IMG/VR virus record: IMGVR_UViG_3300010149_005285
Location: 7,308 to 71,307 of that record
Reading direction: 5' to 3' (one strand)
Length of the DNA stretch: 64,000 bases
Source: a virus
The notes below the pieces were generated by a model. The model was not told the origin of the DNA and did no database searches. It worked only from the letters and a program-made list of their open reading frames with translations. The translations under genes were made by a program, and so were the position numbers. Below are positions 8,900-17,991 of the stretch, one piece after another (within the stretch, counting starts at the first letter, position 1; every line of letters begins with the position of its first letter).

Positions 8900-9433
8900 A
8901 TGACCGAAAATAATACAGTACCGTCAGCTTCATTTAGAGTTAGAGTGCCTGATGAGAATGCTGAATCTAATAACTGTGAAATCGTGCCTTCAACATGGGC
9001 AGATTTAACAACCGAAGAGATTTTTAATAACAAGAAAGTTATTGTGTTTAGTTTGCCAGGCGCATTTACACCTACTTGCTCTACATTTCAACTTCCAGGA
9101 TTTGAACTAGATGCACAAAAGTTTTATGATAAAGGCGTAGATGATATTTACTGTATCAGCGTTAACGATGCCTTTGTAATGAATGCATGGCGTGATGCAC
9201 AAAATCTAAAAAATGTTAAAGTTATTCCAGACGGAAATGGCGATTTTACCAAAGGTATGAATATGGATGTTACATTTAATAATCGTGGATTTGGTATGCG
9301 TAGCTGGCGTTATGCAATGATTGTTGATAACGGAACAATTACAAAAATGTTTGTAGAACCGGGCAAGGCAATGGATTCAGATCCTGATCCTTACGGTGAG
9401 ACTTCACCAGATAACGTATTTGCGTCTTTATAG
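8900..9433 (+). CDS. peroxiredoxin (Prx5/redoxin type)
   Basis: PGAFTPTCS, SVNDAFVMNAW, DGNG.FT, RSWRY; AGGAG before ATG 8900. Confidence 0.95.
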   Translation: MTENNTVPSASFRVRVPDENAESNNCEIVPSTWADLTTEEIFNNKKVIVFSLPGAFTPTCSTFQLPGFELDAQKFYDKGVDDIYCISVNDAFVMNAWRDAQNLKNVKVIPDGNGDFTKGMNMDVTFNNRGFGMRSWRYAMIVDNGTITKMFVEPGKAMDSDPDPYGETSPDNVFASL

Positions 9434-9439
9434 GAGTAC

Positions 9440-9937
9440 TTGTTGAAAGTAATCAGAGATTCAATTGATAACTTTTTTAAATGGGTATCATCTAGCGAAT
9501 TAGTTGAACTAACAAATATTGATGTTTCAGAAGATCCAGTAAGGCCTAATTTGGATCTAGAGTTTAGAACAACTTGGGGCAGACAAATATTTGGACTAAA
9601 GCATAACGATGAAATACATGGAATTATATGTATAGCATATTGTAATGATGTACCCCAAAGCGAAAGAGAACTAAGTCTAATAAGTCAGAATGCTAACTTA
9701 CGTGATAATGCTAGTATAGCGATAGCATACACAGTATGGTCACGTAAGAAAGGCGCTGGCAGAGAAATTGTAGCAAAATTAAAAGATTACTACCAATCAA
9801 ATAGTAAAATTGAAAGATTAATTACATTATCTCCATTAACACCAGTAGCAACACATTTCCATATTAGTAATGGAGCAAAGTTGTTGCAACATAACCATAA
9901 TACACAAAATTTTGAATATACACTAAAAAAAGGTTGA
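9440..9937 (+). CDS. hypothetical protein (possible GNAT-like fold)
   Basis: YTVWS.KKGAGR, TLSP, FH..NGA; TTG start after AGGAG. Confidence 0.6.
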   Translation: MLKVIRDSIDNFFKWVSSSELVELTNIDVSEDPVRPNLDLEFRTTWGRQIFGLKHNDEIHGIICIAYCNDVPQSERELSLISQNANLRDNASIAIAYTVWSRKKGAGREIVAKLKDYYQSNSKIERLITLSPLTPVATHFHISNGAKLLQHNHNTQNFEYTLKKG

Positions 9938-9964
9938 CAGTAACAACCTTAGAGTGTATAAATA
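9934..9964 (+). promoter_or_regulatory. composite sigma70 / late promoter of tmRNA
   Basis: TTGACA-17-TATAAA overlapping TATAAATA. Confidence 0.7.
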
Positions 9965-9967
9965 GTA

Positions 9968-10267
9968 ACTGCAACGTTGAAGCAATTTGACGACTAGCCA
10001 GGACCTCGGGGCAGTACCGAGCAGCTCCACCATATACGTTTCAAGAAAGTGCCCGATCTAAAGGGCGTGAAGTGTAGGAACGTATTTGATGGGGCTGAAC
10101 TAGGATCGACTGATAGGATAGAAAAGTGGAGTTGCCCGGATCTAAGCTCGGTTAACGCGAAGAAAAACTATAATTGCAAACGACAATTATCAGCCAGAAA
10201 TGGCATTAGCGGCTTAGTTAAACTAAGCACGTAGGGGTGGGTACTACCTGGCAACAGAAGTGCCTCC
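9968..10267 (+). ncRNA. ssrA: two-piece (circularly permuted) tmRNA
   Basis: Acceptor piece ends CAGCTCCACCA (10032); intervening hairpin; coding piece starts GGGGCTGAA..GGATCGAC (10091); G3.U70 pair; tag ANDNYQPEMALAA* at 10176-10217; outer ends approximate. Confidence 0.93.
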
Positions 10268-10309
10268 AAATAATAGAATTTGGGATCATTTATAAATTAA
10301 GGAACATTT

Positions 10310-10906
10310 ATGAAAAATACAATCATTACAGCGGCATTGGTCGCCATGATATCATCTGTGAGTTTTGCAGACGATTATGATAACACTTCAGTAACCATAG
10401 CCGCAGAAGGCCCTGCTTACGGTGTTGAGTTATCAACAAACGACACTACTAGAATGGTAAGTGTATATAATACTAATGGTGCATTAGACTTAGGCGTACA
10501 GCTACTAGATAACGGTACGAACAGAGACTATAACGTATCTGTTAGCAAAACCATCGACATGCCAATTGGCTCAGCAGAATCAACAGTAGCTACAGTTTAT
10601 GTATCTGGTGAAGCTGAATATAATTGGGGCGATAGTTTTACTAAAAGCGAATTGCATTTAACACCAAAAGTTGGTGCTAAAACAGCTATTGGTAATTTTA
10701 CTCCATTTGGTGAGTTAGGATATGGTATGAAGTCACTTGAAGGCGACTATACTGATATCGATAGAGATACTCCGTTTGCAGAAGTAGGTTCTTCTTTTAA
10801 GTTGACCGATAACACTTCTCTAAGAGCATCTGTACTACAGTCTATGGACACAGATTGGAATAAAACTGATCGTGAATTAGGCTTAAAGCTGACTGTTCAG
10901 TTTTAA
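10310..10906 (+). CDS. outer-membrane beta-barrel / porin-like protein
   Basis: Signal peptide (..VSFA), amphipathic beta-strand pattern, C-terminal LGLKLTVQF. Confidence 0.7.
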   Translation: MKNTIITAALVAMISSVSFADDYDNTSVTIAAEGPAYGVELSTNDTTRMVSVYNTNGALDLGVQLLDNGTNRDYNVSVSKTIDMPIGSAESTVATVYVSGEAEYNWGDSFTKSELHLTPKVGAKTAIGNFTPFGELGYGMKSLEGDYTDIDRDTPFAEVGSSFKLTDNTSLRASVLQSMDTDWNKTDRELGLKLTVQF

Positions 10907-10917
10907 TTAAACAGGTT

Positions 10918-10949
10918 TTGCGGGTATCCTTAACAAAAACCCGCAATTT
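10918..10949 (+). terminator. probable intrinsic terminator
   Basis: TTGCGGGT..ACCCGCAA stem after the gene. Confidence 0.5.
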
Positions 10950-11000
10950 CACACACTTATAAAAGGTTGACTTTTAGTCTCATTATGTTATTATGTAATT

Positions 11001-11077
11001 GGACCATTAGCTCAGCTGGATAGAGCGCCTGTCTACGGAACAGGAGGCCAGGAGTTCGAATCTCTTATGGTCCGCCA
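11001..11077 (+). tRNA. tRNA-Arg(ACG)
   Basis: Cloverleaf, anticodon arm CCTGT-CTACGGA-ACAGG, TTCGAAT, encoded CCA; upstream TTGACT..TATTAT. Confidence 0.95.
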
Positions 11078-11095
11078 AAATATATAAATATACTT

Positions 11096-11482
11096 GTGAC
11101 ACAGCTCGTACACAAGCACATTATAATTAGAGCGGAAGTGCTTAATCCGCCACGTGACGAACAACACACTAGCAACCAAGTAAAAACTCTGATCGAAGAT
11201 ATAGGTATGAAGATACTTATGGGACCATTCGCAAAATATGTAGATATGGTAGGTAATAGAGGACTTACAGTTGCAACAATAATTGAAACTTCGCATATAG
11301 TAATACATACGTGGGACGAATGTGATCCTGCATTAGTTCAGTTGGATGTTTATACATGTGGACCATTTGATCCAGAAATAGTATTTAATTGGCTTAAACA
11401 ATATGATCCAATTAAAATTGATTACAAATATATTGATAGGGAATTTGGTTTAGAATTCTTGCCAAGGAAACAACTTCTTTAA
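11096..11482 (+). CDS. speD: S-adenosylmethionine decarboxylase proenzyme-like
   Basis: GLT..IIETSHIVIHTW, QLDVYTCG. Confidence 0.85.
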   Translation: MTQLVHKHIIIRAEVLNPPRDEQHTSNQVKTLIEDIGMKILMGPFAKYVDMVGNRGLTVATIIETSHIVIHTWDECDPALVQLDVYTCGPFDPEIVFNWLKQYDPIKIDYKYIDREFGLEFLPRKQLL

Positions 11483-12808
11483 CCAAGGACACTTTGAATT
11501 TTCTTTTATTTCCATAATATCAAATCCTTTGTAAATAATTCTTCCATTATTAAATTTAAAAAATTCTAACATATCTCTTTCGCATTTTAATCTTACGTTT
11601 TGACTATATAACGTAGCATTAAGTTCGTAGTTATATGCATTACTACTATCTATAAAAACTTTTTCATCGGGTTGTAATTTATTAACTGACTCTTCTAAGA
11701 AGTGTTGTACTCTATTAATGTTCATTAAATCTAAACGTTCAAATCTAACATTAAATGATTGTGCTTCTTTTCTCCACCAATCTACAAAAGGCTGTCCTAG
11801 CTCTTTTAAATAGTTGTCAACTTTATGTAATTGTTTAGGACTTGTAAAATACATAGATAAGAAATGATTTTCCATTGCATATTCTTTTACAAATTGCTCC
11901 CAATTAGTTCCATCCCAATTCTTAAACACATGTGTTTGCATATGTAATGCAAGAACATCATTGTCGTAGCAAATTAAATCTCCACCTGGTTTTAAATTTT
12001 GAATATAAGCATTTGCAATAGGACTTAATCCACCACATGTACTATAAACTGCACTAATTTTTTGATCTAAAACTTTTGTATCTAAATCTTCTGTATTAGC
12101 AGAATACCATCTAACAGCCCAAAGCTCTTTGCCAATGTAATTAATCTTTTCATAATAATCATTCATTTCACCATATACATATTCTTTACCTGCTCTTAAA
12201 TTCTTATCCCATACTGCAACTTTTCTATTATCTTTTAGTGCAGAATTTAATAAATTCCAACCAGTACGTTGTCCTTTAGCAGTTACAGTTTCTTCTGTAG
12301 CTTTAATCCAAGTTGGATTATATGTTTGCCAATCGCTTAATGTATCTGTAGATCTTTCAACTTTTGTAGCAGTCCATTCTATATCATCTAATCTTTCACC
12401 AAAGAACGGCTTACCTGCTTTTTCCCACCATACTAAATCTATCCACATACATTGTGGATGTAATTGCCACCATGCTTCTTCTCTATCTAATATGTGTCCT
12501 ACAATTACACAATCTTTATATTGATCTTCCCAATATGGTTGAGTTCTTTCTATAAAATCTTGCATTACTATACCTTGTTTCATTATGAGAATACTGGTAT
12601 AGCCTTTATCTAATCCTAAGTTGCATAGTTCAACAAAATCATATGAAGATACTTGCGGTATTCTTCTATATTTTATACTATAAAAATCTAAACAATTTCT
12701 TGTTGTACCATCTAATGTGATATCTTTTATTTTGTCATTAAGTAACCACCCTATTCCACAATTTTCTGGTAGTTTGTCGGGGGTGTGTTCGAAGCGAAAG
12801 TTTTTCAT
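11450..12808 (-). CDS. hypothetical protein (possible glycosyl/methyltransferase-like)
   Basis: 452 aa ORF with AAGGA SD; fold guess is weak. Confidence 0.6.
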   Translation of the reverse strand: MKNFRFEHTPDKLPENCGIGWLLNDKIKDITLDGTTRNCLDFYSIKYRRIPQVSSYDFVELCNLGLDKGYTSILIMKQGIVMQDFIERTQPYWEDQYKDCVIVGHILDREEAWWQLHPQCMWIDLVWWEKAGKPFFGERLDDIEWTATKVERSTDTLSDWQTYNPTWIKATEETVTAKGQRTGWNLLNSALKDNRKVAVWDKNLRAGKEYVYGEMNDYYEKINYIGKELWAVRWYSANTEDLDTKVLDQKISAVYSTCGGLSPIANAYIQNLKPGGDLICYDNDVLALHMQTHVFKNWDGTNWEQFVKEYAMENHFLSMYFTSPKQLHKVDNYLKELGQPFVDWWRKEAQSFNVRFERLDLMNINRVQHFLEESVNKLQPDEKVFIDSSNAYNYELNATLYSQNVRLKCERDMLEFFKFNNGRIIYKGFDIMEIKENSKCPWLKKLFPWQEF

Positions 12809-12826
12809 TTTTTTCCTTATATGGTG

Positions 12827-12952
12827 TTGACTTTGTTTTTACAGTGTTGTATAATGTAATCATTAACAAAGTATATTACTATTTACCTTCTGTAATAAAG
12901 TAGTAAATAAGATAAAAAAAGAGTTGACATGAAAGTAAATTGATGTTATATT
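12827..12952 (+). promoter_or_regulatory. two tandem sigma70-type promoters
   Basis: TTGACT-17-TATAAT (12827-12855) and TTGACA-17-TATATT (12924-12952). Confidence 0.7.
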
Positions 12953-12980
12953 AATAACATAATTAGAAGGAAGAACGGAT

Positions 12981-13205
12981 ATGATTAGTAGCAGACAAAT
13001 TGTAGAAATCATCAATGATGAGATAAGCAAAGATAAAAACGAATCAGTTCGTAAGGCACTAACAAAAGTTAAGGATAGAATTGAGATTCTTGAAGAAATT
13101 GAATACGTTAATATGTACAAACAACCTGTATACGATGAACAAGAGTCAAAAAAAAGCAAAACTAAGCAAAAGGCAGCAGAAGAATTTGAAAAGTTTTTTA
13201 AATGA
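12981..13205 (+). CDS. hypothetical protein
   Basis: 74 aa with SD. Confidence 0.65.
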   Translation: MISSRQIVEIINDEISKDKNESVRKALTKVKDRIEILEEIEYVNMYKQPVYDEQESKKSKTKQKAAEEFEKFFK

Positions 13206-13381
13206 TTGTAAACTATAGCGAAGTTGTTAACAAAATTGAAGTACTTACGGAAACAGTAGAAGTGATCCGGAGTCGTATACAAGAACACGACACCGGACAC
13301 TTATACACAACAATAAGTACACTAGAAGAATATATAGAAGAACTTAACAAGCAATTAAAAACCCTCGAACCAGCAGAGTAA
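13202..13381 (+). CDS. hypothetical protein (59 aa, MIVNYSEVV...)
   Basis: ATGA overlap; fills the gap exactly; below ORF-track cutoff. Confidence 0.65.
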   Translation: MIVNYSEVVNKIEVLTETVEVIRSRIQEHDTGHLYTTISTLEEYIEELNKQLKTLEPAE

Positions 13382-13383
13382 AC

Positions 13384-13671
13384 ATGAAACTCAAAGATCT
13401 CAAAATGGTGAAAACCAAATTTCCTAATGGCGTACAAGCACTTGTACAATTTGGACCTCACTACGAACTAAGTATCGTTAAGAACGATATATCCTATGGT
13501 GGTAAAATGGGACTGTATGAAGTTGGCGTCTTTTTAGATGACGAGATGATTGCACTACCTACTATCACTGAAACAGGTGACACTGTTAAAGGATACCTCA
13601 CAGAAGAAAACGTGGACAGCATTATTAAGTCCATGACAGACCTTACAAAGAGAGAACCCACACAAACATAA
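13384..13671 (+). CDS. hypothetical phage protein
   Basis: YELSIV..SYGG..GLYEV..DTVKGYLT. Confidence 0.7.
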   Translation: MKLKDLKMVKTKFPNGVQALVQFGPHYELSIVKNDISYGGKMGLYEVGVFLDDEMIALPTITETGDTVKGYLTEENVDSIIKSMTDLTKREPTQT

Positions 13672-13679
13672 ACATTTAT

Positions 13680-13756
13680 CCGCTCTTAGCTCAGCTGGAT
13701 AGAGCAACTGCCTTCTAAGCAGTAGGTCACAGGTTCGAATCCTGTAGAGCGGGCCA
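13680..13756 (+). tRNA. tRNA-Arg(TCT)
   Basis: ACTGC-CTTCTAA-GCAGT, encoded CCA. Confidence 0.95.
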
Positions 13757-13761
13757 ATTCA

Positions 13762-13846
13762 GCCTCCTTGATGGAATAGGTAGACATAACAGACTTAAAA
13801 TCTGTGGCCATATGGCGTCCCGGTTCGAGTCCGGGAGGAGGCACCA
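13762..13846 (+). tRNA. tRNA-Leu(TAA)
   Basis: ACAGA-CTTAAAA-TCTGT, long variable arm, CCA. Confidence 0.95.
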
Positions 13847-13851
13847 AACAT

Positions 13852-13928
13852 ACTCTTGTAGCATAGCGGTCTAATGCCACCCGCTCATAACGGGTCGATC
13901 ACAGGTTCGAATCCTGTCGGGAGTACCA
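13852..13928 (+). tRNA. tRNA with CAT anticodon (Ile2 or elongator Met)
   Basis: ACCCG-CTCATAA-CGGGT, CCA; lacks initiator features. Confidence 0.88.
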
Positions 13929-13938
13929 AAAACATTAA

Positions 13939-14014
13939 GGGCCCTTAGCTCAGTTGGTAGAGCAACTGACTTTTAATCAGTAGGTCGATGGTTCGAACCC
14001 ATCAGGGCTCACCA
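13939..14014 (+). tRNA. tRNA-Lys(TTT)
   Basis: ACTGA-CTTTTAA-TCAGT, CCA. Confidence 0.95.
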
Positions 14015-14044
14015 ACAAAAGTAATATTTAGAAAGGTAATATCA

Positions 14045-14338
14045 ATGAGAGAATTTATTTACAACAGTTGGAATGTAGTTATGGATCACAAAAAGAATCC
14101 ACTAAGCAACATTCCAGATTTTAGTACACGACATATGATTATGCAGGTATTAGCATGGATGTGGTGTATTGTATTCGCTATTATTGTAGGTAGCATGTGG
14201 GCAGGAGTGTTTAGTATGATGCTACATACACTACTGCTTGGTGCAGTCGCAATTACAGTAGCAACATTTGAAACAGCAAAACGCAAGCCGCAATACTTTG
14301 GTAGCTTTGGCCGCGGCTCAGGTGGAGAACATGAATAA
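14045..14338 (+). CDS. membrane protein
   Basis: Start MREFIY after AAAGGT; two hydrophobic segments. Confidence 0.7.
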   Translation: MREFIYNSWNVVMDHKKNPLSNIPDFSTRHMIMQVLAWMWCIVFAIIVGSMWAGVFSMMLHTLLLGAVAITVATFETAKRKPQYFGSFGRGSGGEHE

Positions 14339-14420
14339 ACAGGTTGTGTTAGTACTAGGAATATTAATAGTAACAATTTTTGTAATATATGCTAATTGTT
14401 CGCAGTGTCAATTCTATTAG
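14331..14420 (+). CDS. putative 29-aa membrane peptide with CxxC
   Basis: GGAGA SD; MNKQVVLVLGILIVTIFVIYANCSQCQFY. Confidence 0.45.
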   Translation: MNKQVVLVLGILIVTIFVIYANCSQCQFY

Positions 14421-14474
14421 TAGATAAATAACTATCAAAAAAGATTGCATTAGCAGTTTCAACAATGGAGCGTT

Positions 14475-14618
14475 ATGAAATTATACAAAAATTTTGTAGC
14501 ACACGAAACACAACCAAAAAAAACAAGCATAGGAAACAACCATTCAAGAACTAAATTTAGTTCTATGAACAAAAGTAAAAAACGTTCATATAAGAAGTAC
14601 AAAGGACAAGGCAAGTAA
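14475..14618 (+). CDS. small basic protein (47 aa)
   Basis: GGAG SD, late box 14425; ends KKRSYKKYKGQGK; TAATG-coupled to the next gene. Confidence 0.65.
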   Translation: MKLYKNFVAHETQPKKTSIGNNHSRTKFSSMNKSKKRSYKKYKGQGK

Positions 14619-14830
14619 TGGCTGGATTTAAACCTCAGACTATAACGCCTAAGTCTAATAACTGGAAACGTTACATAGGCGAGCATGAAATTAAACCAAC
14701 AATGTTCTACGGTGCTAAAGGTAAACTACTATGTGGATCAGTAAACGGCGAAATAGTAATGGATGAAAATAATCAACCTATACCTTTTCGTTCTATCAAA
14801 CATACTTCTATTGCTGTTGCTAGTAAATAA
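14618..14830 (+). CDS. hypothetical protein
   Basis: 70 aa. Confidence 0.65.
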   Translation: MAGFKPQTITPKSNNWKRYIGEHEIKPTMFYGAKGKLLCGSVNGEIVMDENNQPIPFRSIKHTSIAVASK

Positions 14831-14897
14831 ATTAGTAATTGTATATAACTGTATTGTCTGTATTGATTCTTATTGGCTATCTGTTGCTGATTAGCAA

Positions 14898-15377
14898 CTA
14901 TATTTTACCAGTTGCATGTAGTCCATAAAATATTCCTACACTAATTAATACTATCACTGTAAATAATACAATAATTGCAACAGTATCTAATATTACTCTT
15001 CTTTTTTCTTCTTGTTTATAAAGCGTAGCTTCTCTTTCAGCTTTTATCTTTCTTCTAAGCTCAATGAGTTCCTTCCAAGTTCCAAACCCGTATCTCCAAT
15101 TTAGCAGAGTTTCAAGTTCTTTTTCTTGCTCTCTAATAGCTTTATCGTGCATTAATAGTTGTAATGCTTCTTCTTCGATGCTACCTGCGGCAAATAATTT
15201 TTTAAATATAGGGGGGTTTTTATTATTTTGTTGACATTTACGTATGTCGCTTACTGCTCCATACCATTTAGACATACTTCCAACTACATTTTCTAGGTCT
15301 TTACCGACGCTGACTGCCGACTTAACAGCCTTAAATGCCATAGTAGCGGCAGAGAATGCGGTTACTGGGTCTATAAT
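14898..15377 (-). CDS. coiled-coil membrane-anchored protein, probable ATT start
   Basis: AAGGAG-8nt-ATT gives (M)IDPVTAFSAATMAF; C-terminal TM helix. Confidence 0.7.
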   Translation of the reverse strand: MIDPVTAFSAATMAFKAVKSAVSVGKDLENVVGSMSKWYGAVSDIRKCQQNNKNPPIFKKLFAAGSIEEEALQLLMHDKAIREQEKELETLLNWRYGFGTWKELIELRRKIKAEREATLYKQEEKRRVILDTVAIIVLFTVIVLISVGIFYGLHATGKI

Positions 15378-15453
15378 TGGGTTGTCTCCTTAACTAACTT
15401 ATTGTATTTAATATGGTTTTTGTGCAATTAACGACATATTTAACCATTTTAGG

Positions 15454-15482
15454 TTGACTTTACATTATTATTGTATTAAACT
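15454..15482 (+). promoter_or_regulatory. sigma70-type promoter
   Basis: TTGACT-17-TAAACT. Confidence 0.6.
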
Positions 15483-15503
15483 AAATACTAATAGTAAAAA
15501 TTT

Positions 15504-15698
15504 ATGGAGGATGAAAGAATGTCATTTAGACACTCAACAGAAGACATAAAGAACAAAGTCAAGGTAATCCTTGACAAATTGGAATTTCTTTCCGAAGCAG
15601 AAGTATTGCCTGAAACAGACAATGGAACTAAACAATACCTAATCGACGACATTAGAGCTTTGGCGAGGGACATTGCTAACGATTCCGAGAATAATTAA
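15504..15698 (+). CDS. hypothetical protein
   Basis: True start probably MSFRH after GGAGG. Confidence 0.6.
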   Translation: MEDERMSFRHSTEDIKNKVKVILDKLEFLSEAEVLPETDNGTKQYLIDDIRALARDIANDSENN

Positions 15699-15729
15699 GT
15701 TAGCAAACTATTATAAAAAGGAGATCATT

Positions 15730-15897
15730 ATGATTGAATGGATTAAAGATAGACTAAGCGAGCGTACATCATGGGATGGCGGAGCATTAATTGCAGTAGG
15801 TGTTATTACACTTTTCTTCAGTGCTCTTATTCCTGTTAATATGCTAGCATGGGCAGCTATAATTTATGGCGCCTGGACACTTCTAAAGAGTGAGTAA
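15730..15897 (+). CDS. small two-TM protein, holin candidate
   Basis: AAGGAG SD; immediately upstream of the endolysin. Confidence 0.55.
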   Translation: MIEWIKDRLSERTSWDGGALIAVGVITLFFSALIPVNMLAWAAIIYGAWTLLKSE

Positions 15898-15903
15898 TTA
15901 TAC

Positions 15904-16731
15904 ATGCAATTTGATTTTAAAGTAGAACATGTAGCAGAGCTCCTTCCACGTGTTGATGCTAGTGAATGGCACAACGCGATGGTTAGAGTCCTGCCAAAAT
16001 GGAACATTGATACCGTAGATAGAGTAGCTGGGTTTATTGCTCAGACAGCTCATGAATCTGCTGGTTACACTGTTTTATCTGAAAATCTTAACTATAGTTC
16101 AGACGCATTAGATAAGATTTTTCCAAAGTACTTTAAGCGAGCTGGAAGAGATGCTCGCGATTACCACAGACAACCTGAAAAAATTGCAAACGTAATTTAT
16201 GCAAATAGAATGGAAAATGGTGATACAGAAAGTGGAGATGGCTGGCGTTTTAGAGGCGGCGGTATTCTTCAACTAACTGGTAGACACAACTATTCTATGT
16301 TTGGTGAAGCTGAAGGTATGACTCCCAATGAAGCAACAGAATTTGTTCGTACACCTATTGGTGCATTAGCAAGTGCTTGTTGGTTTTGGGATAGTAACAA
16401 CATTAATCGTTATTGCGACAATCAAGACATTGTTGGAATGACTAAACGTATTAATGGTGGTACAATTGGACTTGAAGATCGAAAGCATCATTATGCTCAT
16501 GCGTTAGAGGTGCTTGGTGGTCATTATGAACCACGAGAAACATATGAAACTGTACGTAAAGGTAGCAGAGGAAATACTGTAAGAAAATTACAGGAAGCCT
16601 TAGGTACTGGTGCAGATGGCATATTTGGTTCTGGAACGGAAGTAAAGTTAAAGGAATGGCAACAAGCAAACGGTCTGGTAGCAGACGGTATTGCTGGTCC
16701 TAACACTTTAGCAAAACTACTTGGCTCATAA
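15904..16731 (+). CDS. endolysin: GH19 domain plus C-terminal peptidoglycan-binding domain
   Basis: FIAQTAHES, ENLNYS, FRGGGILQLTG, TKRINGG; ADGIFG..T..WQ..GLVADGIAG..T. Confidence 0.93.
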   Translation: MQFDFKVEHVAELLPRVDASEWHNAMVRVLPKWNIDTVDRVAGFIAQTAHESAGYTVLSENLNYSSDALDKIFPKYFKRAGRDARDYHRQPEKIANVIYANRMENGDTESGDGWRFRGGGILQLTGRHNYSMFGEAEGMTPNEATEFVRTPIGALASACWFWDSNNINRYCDNQDIVGMTKRINGGTIGLEDRKHHYAHALEVLGGHYEPRETYETVRKGSRGNTVRKLQEALGTGADGIFGSGTEVKLKEWQQANGLVADGIAGPNTLAKLLGS

Positions 16732-16749
16732 CTTACTACTAAGGGTTTA

Positions 16750-17991
16750 TTGGACGTGAAAGACGATAATGATTTGCAACGAGAACAAGGAATCTATAAA
16801 GAGTATTCTAAAGTAGAACATGGCAAAGCATGGTGTCCTATACCTTTTAACGCTATAAGTTTTCACCCAACAGGTGTATTAACCCGTTGTATGATGAGTG
16901 ATGTACCTATGGGTGAAGACTTTGATAGTGAAGAAATGCAAAAACTTCGTACTGATATGCTTAACGGCATTTGGGATAAAGAAGGTTGCATTAATTGCCT
17001 TAAGAAAGAAGAACAAGGCAACATAAGTCAAAGACAAAAATGGTTACAACGTAACCCACAAGATTTCAAAAACACAGATGGATATATAAATCCAAAAGTA
17101 ACAGGTAATCCTGTTAATCATATGTTTATCAACTACAGTAATATTTGTAATTTTAAATGTAGAATGTGTAGCCCAGGATATAGTAATAGTCTTATTCCAG
17201 AGCATAAACATCTAAATACACTTGGACTAGGTAGAAAAGTTAAACCAGAAATTATCAAAAATAGAAATTTCATTAATACATACTTAAAAGAGAATCCAGA
17301 AAAATTAGATAGTTTGTCAAGTATATGGATTACAGGCGGCGAACCGTTTATGGATGATAATTGTTTTGAGCTTATGGACATATTAAATGAATATGATAAG
17401 TCATTTGATATGGATGTTGTAATTACTACAAATGGATCTAAAGTAGATCTTAATAAATTACAAAAGTTTGAGAATTTAAAATGGTTTGAACTTGATTTAA
17501 GTATTGATGCACCAAGCAAGATGTTTGAATATATGCGTAGTGATGGGTTATGGAAATGGGAACAGATGCGTAGCTTAATAGATGATCTAATGCATTTTAA
17601 AAAACAGAATGACAGTTGGTTCAATATGTGCTATAATTCTAGCATTCAAGCATATAATTTTGACACAGTAGTTGAATTTAACGAATTATGCAAAGAAGCA
17701 GGTGCATTAAACAATACAAGGATGTTAATATTTCCTGAACATTTAAGATTAAATGTACTACCGTTAGATATTCGTATGCAAGAATATGAAAAAATAAAAG
17801 ATTATAAAGTGGTAAATGACCCAAGGTTTCAAAGAACATTTGATGATGTACTTAAAAACTTACAGGCACCGCAAGCAAGAAAAGAAATGGTAGACAAGTT
17901 TAAAATATTTACAAAAGCACAAGATAAATACAGAAACAAAACAATGCTTGATTATCACAAAACATTAGGTAACTTTATATATAATGAATAA
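16750..17991 (+). CDS. radical SAM protein with N-terminal twitch/SPASM-like domain
   Basis: CNFKCRMC, TGGEPF, TTNGS, SID; N-terminal WC..PF..C..CxxC. Confidence 0.9.
   Translation: MDVKDDNDLQREQGIYKEYSKVEHGKAWCPIPFNAISFHPTGVLTRCMMSDVPMGEDFDSEEMQKLRTDMLNGIWDKEGCINCLKKEEQGNISQRQKWLQRNPQDFKNTDGYINPKVTGNPVNHMFINYSNICNFKCRMCSPGYSNSLIPEHKHLNTLGLGRKVKPEIIKNRNFINTYLKENPEKLDSLSSIWITGGEPFMDDNCFELMDILNEYDKSFDMDVVITTNGSKVDLNKLQKFENLKWFELDLSIDAPSKMFEYMRSDGLWKWEQMRSLIDDLMHFKKQNDSWFNMCYNSSIQAYNFDTVVEFNELCKEAGALNNTRMLIFPEHLRLNVLPLDIRMQEYEKIKDYKVVNDPRFQRTFDDVLKNLQAPQARKEMVDKFKIFTKAQDKYRNKTMLDYHKTLGNFIYNE

Noticed and set aside
10049-10234. 61-aa ORF
   Set aside because: Lies within the tmRNA gene
13686-14044. 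ORFs overlapping the tRNA cluster, including the 13988 start
   Set aside because: Explained by tRNA sequence; the real CDS starts at 14045
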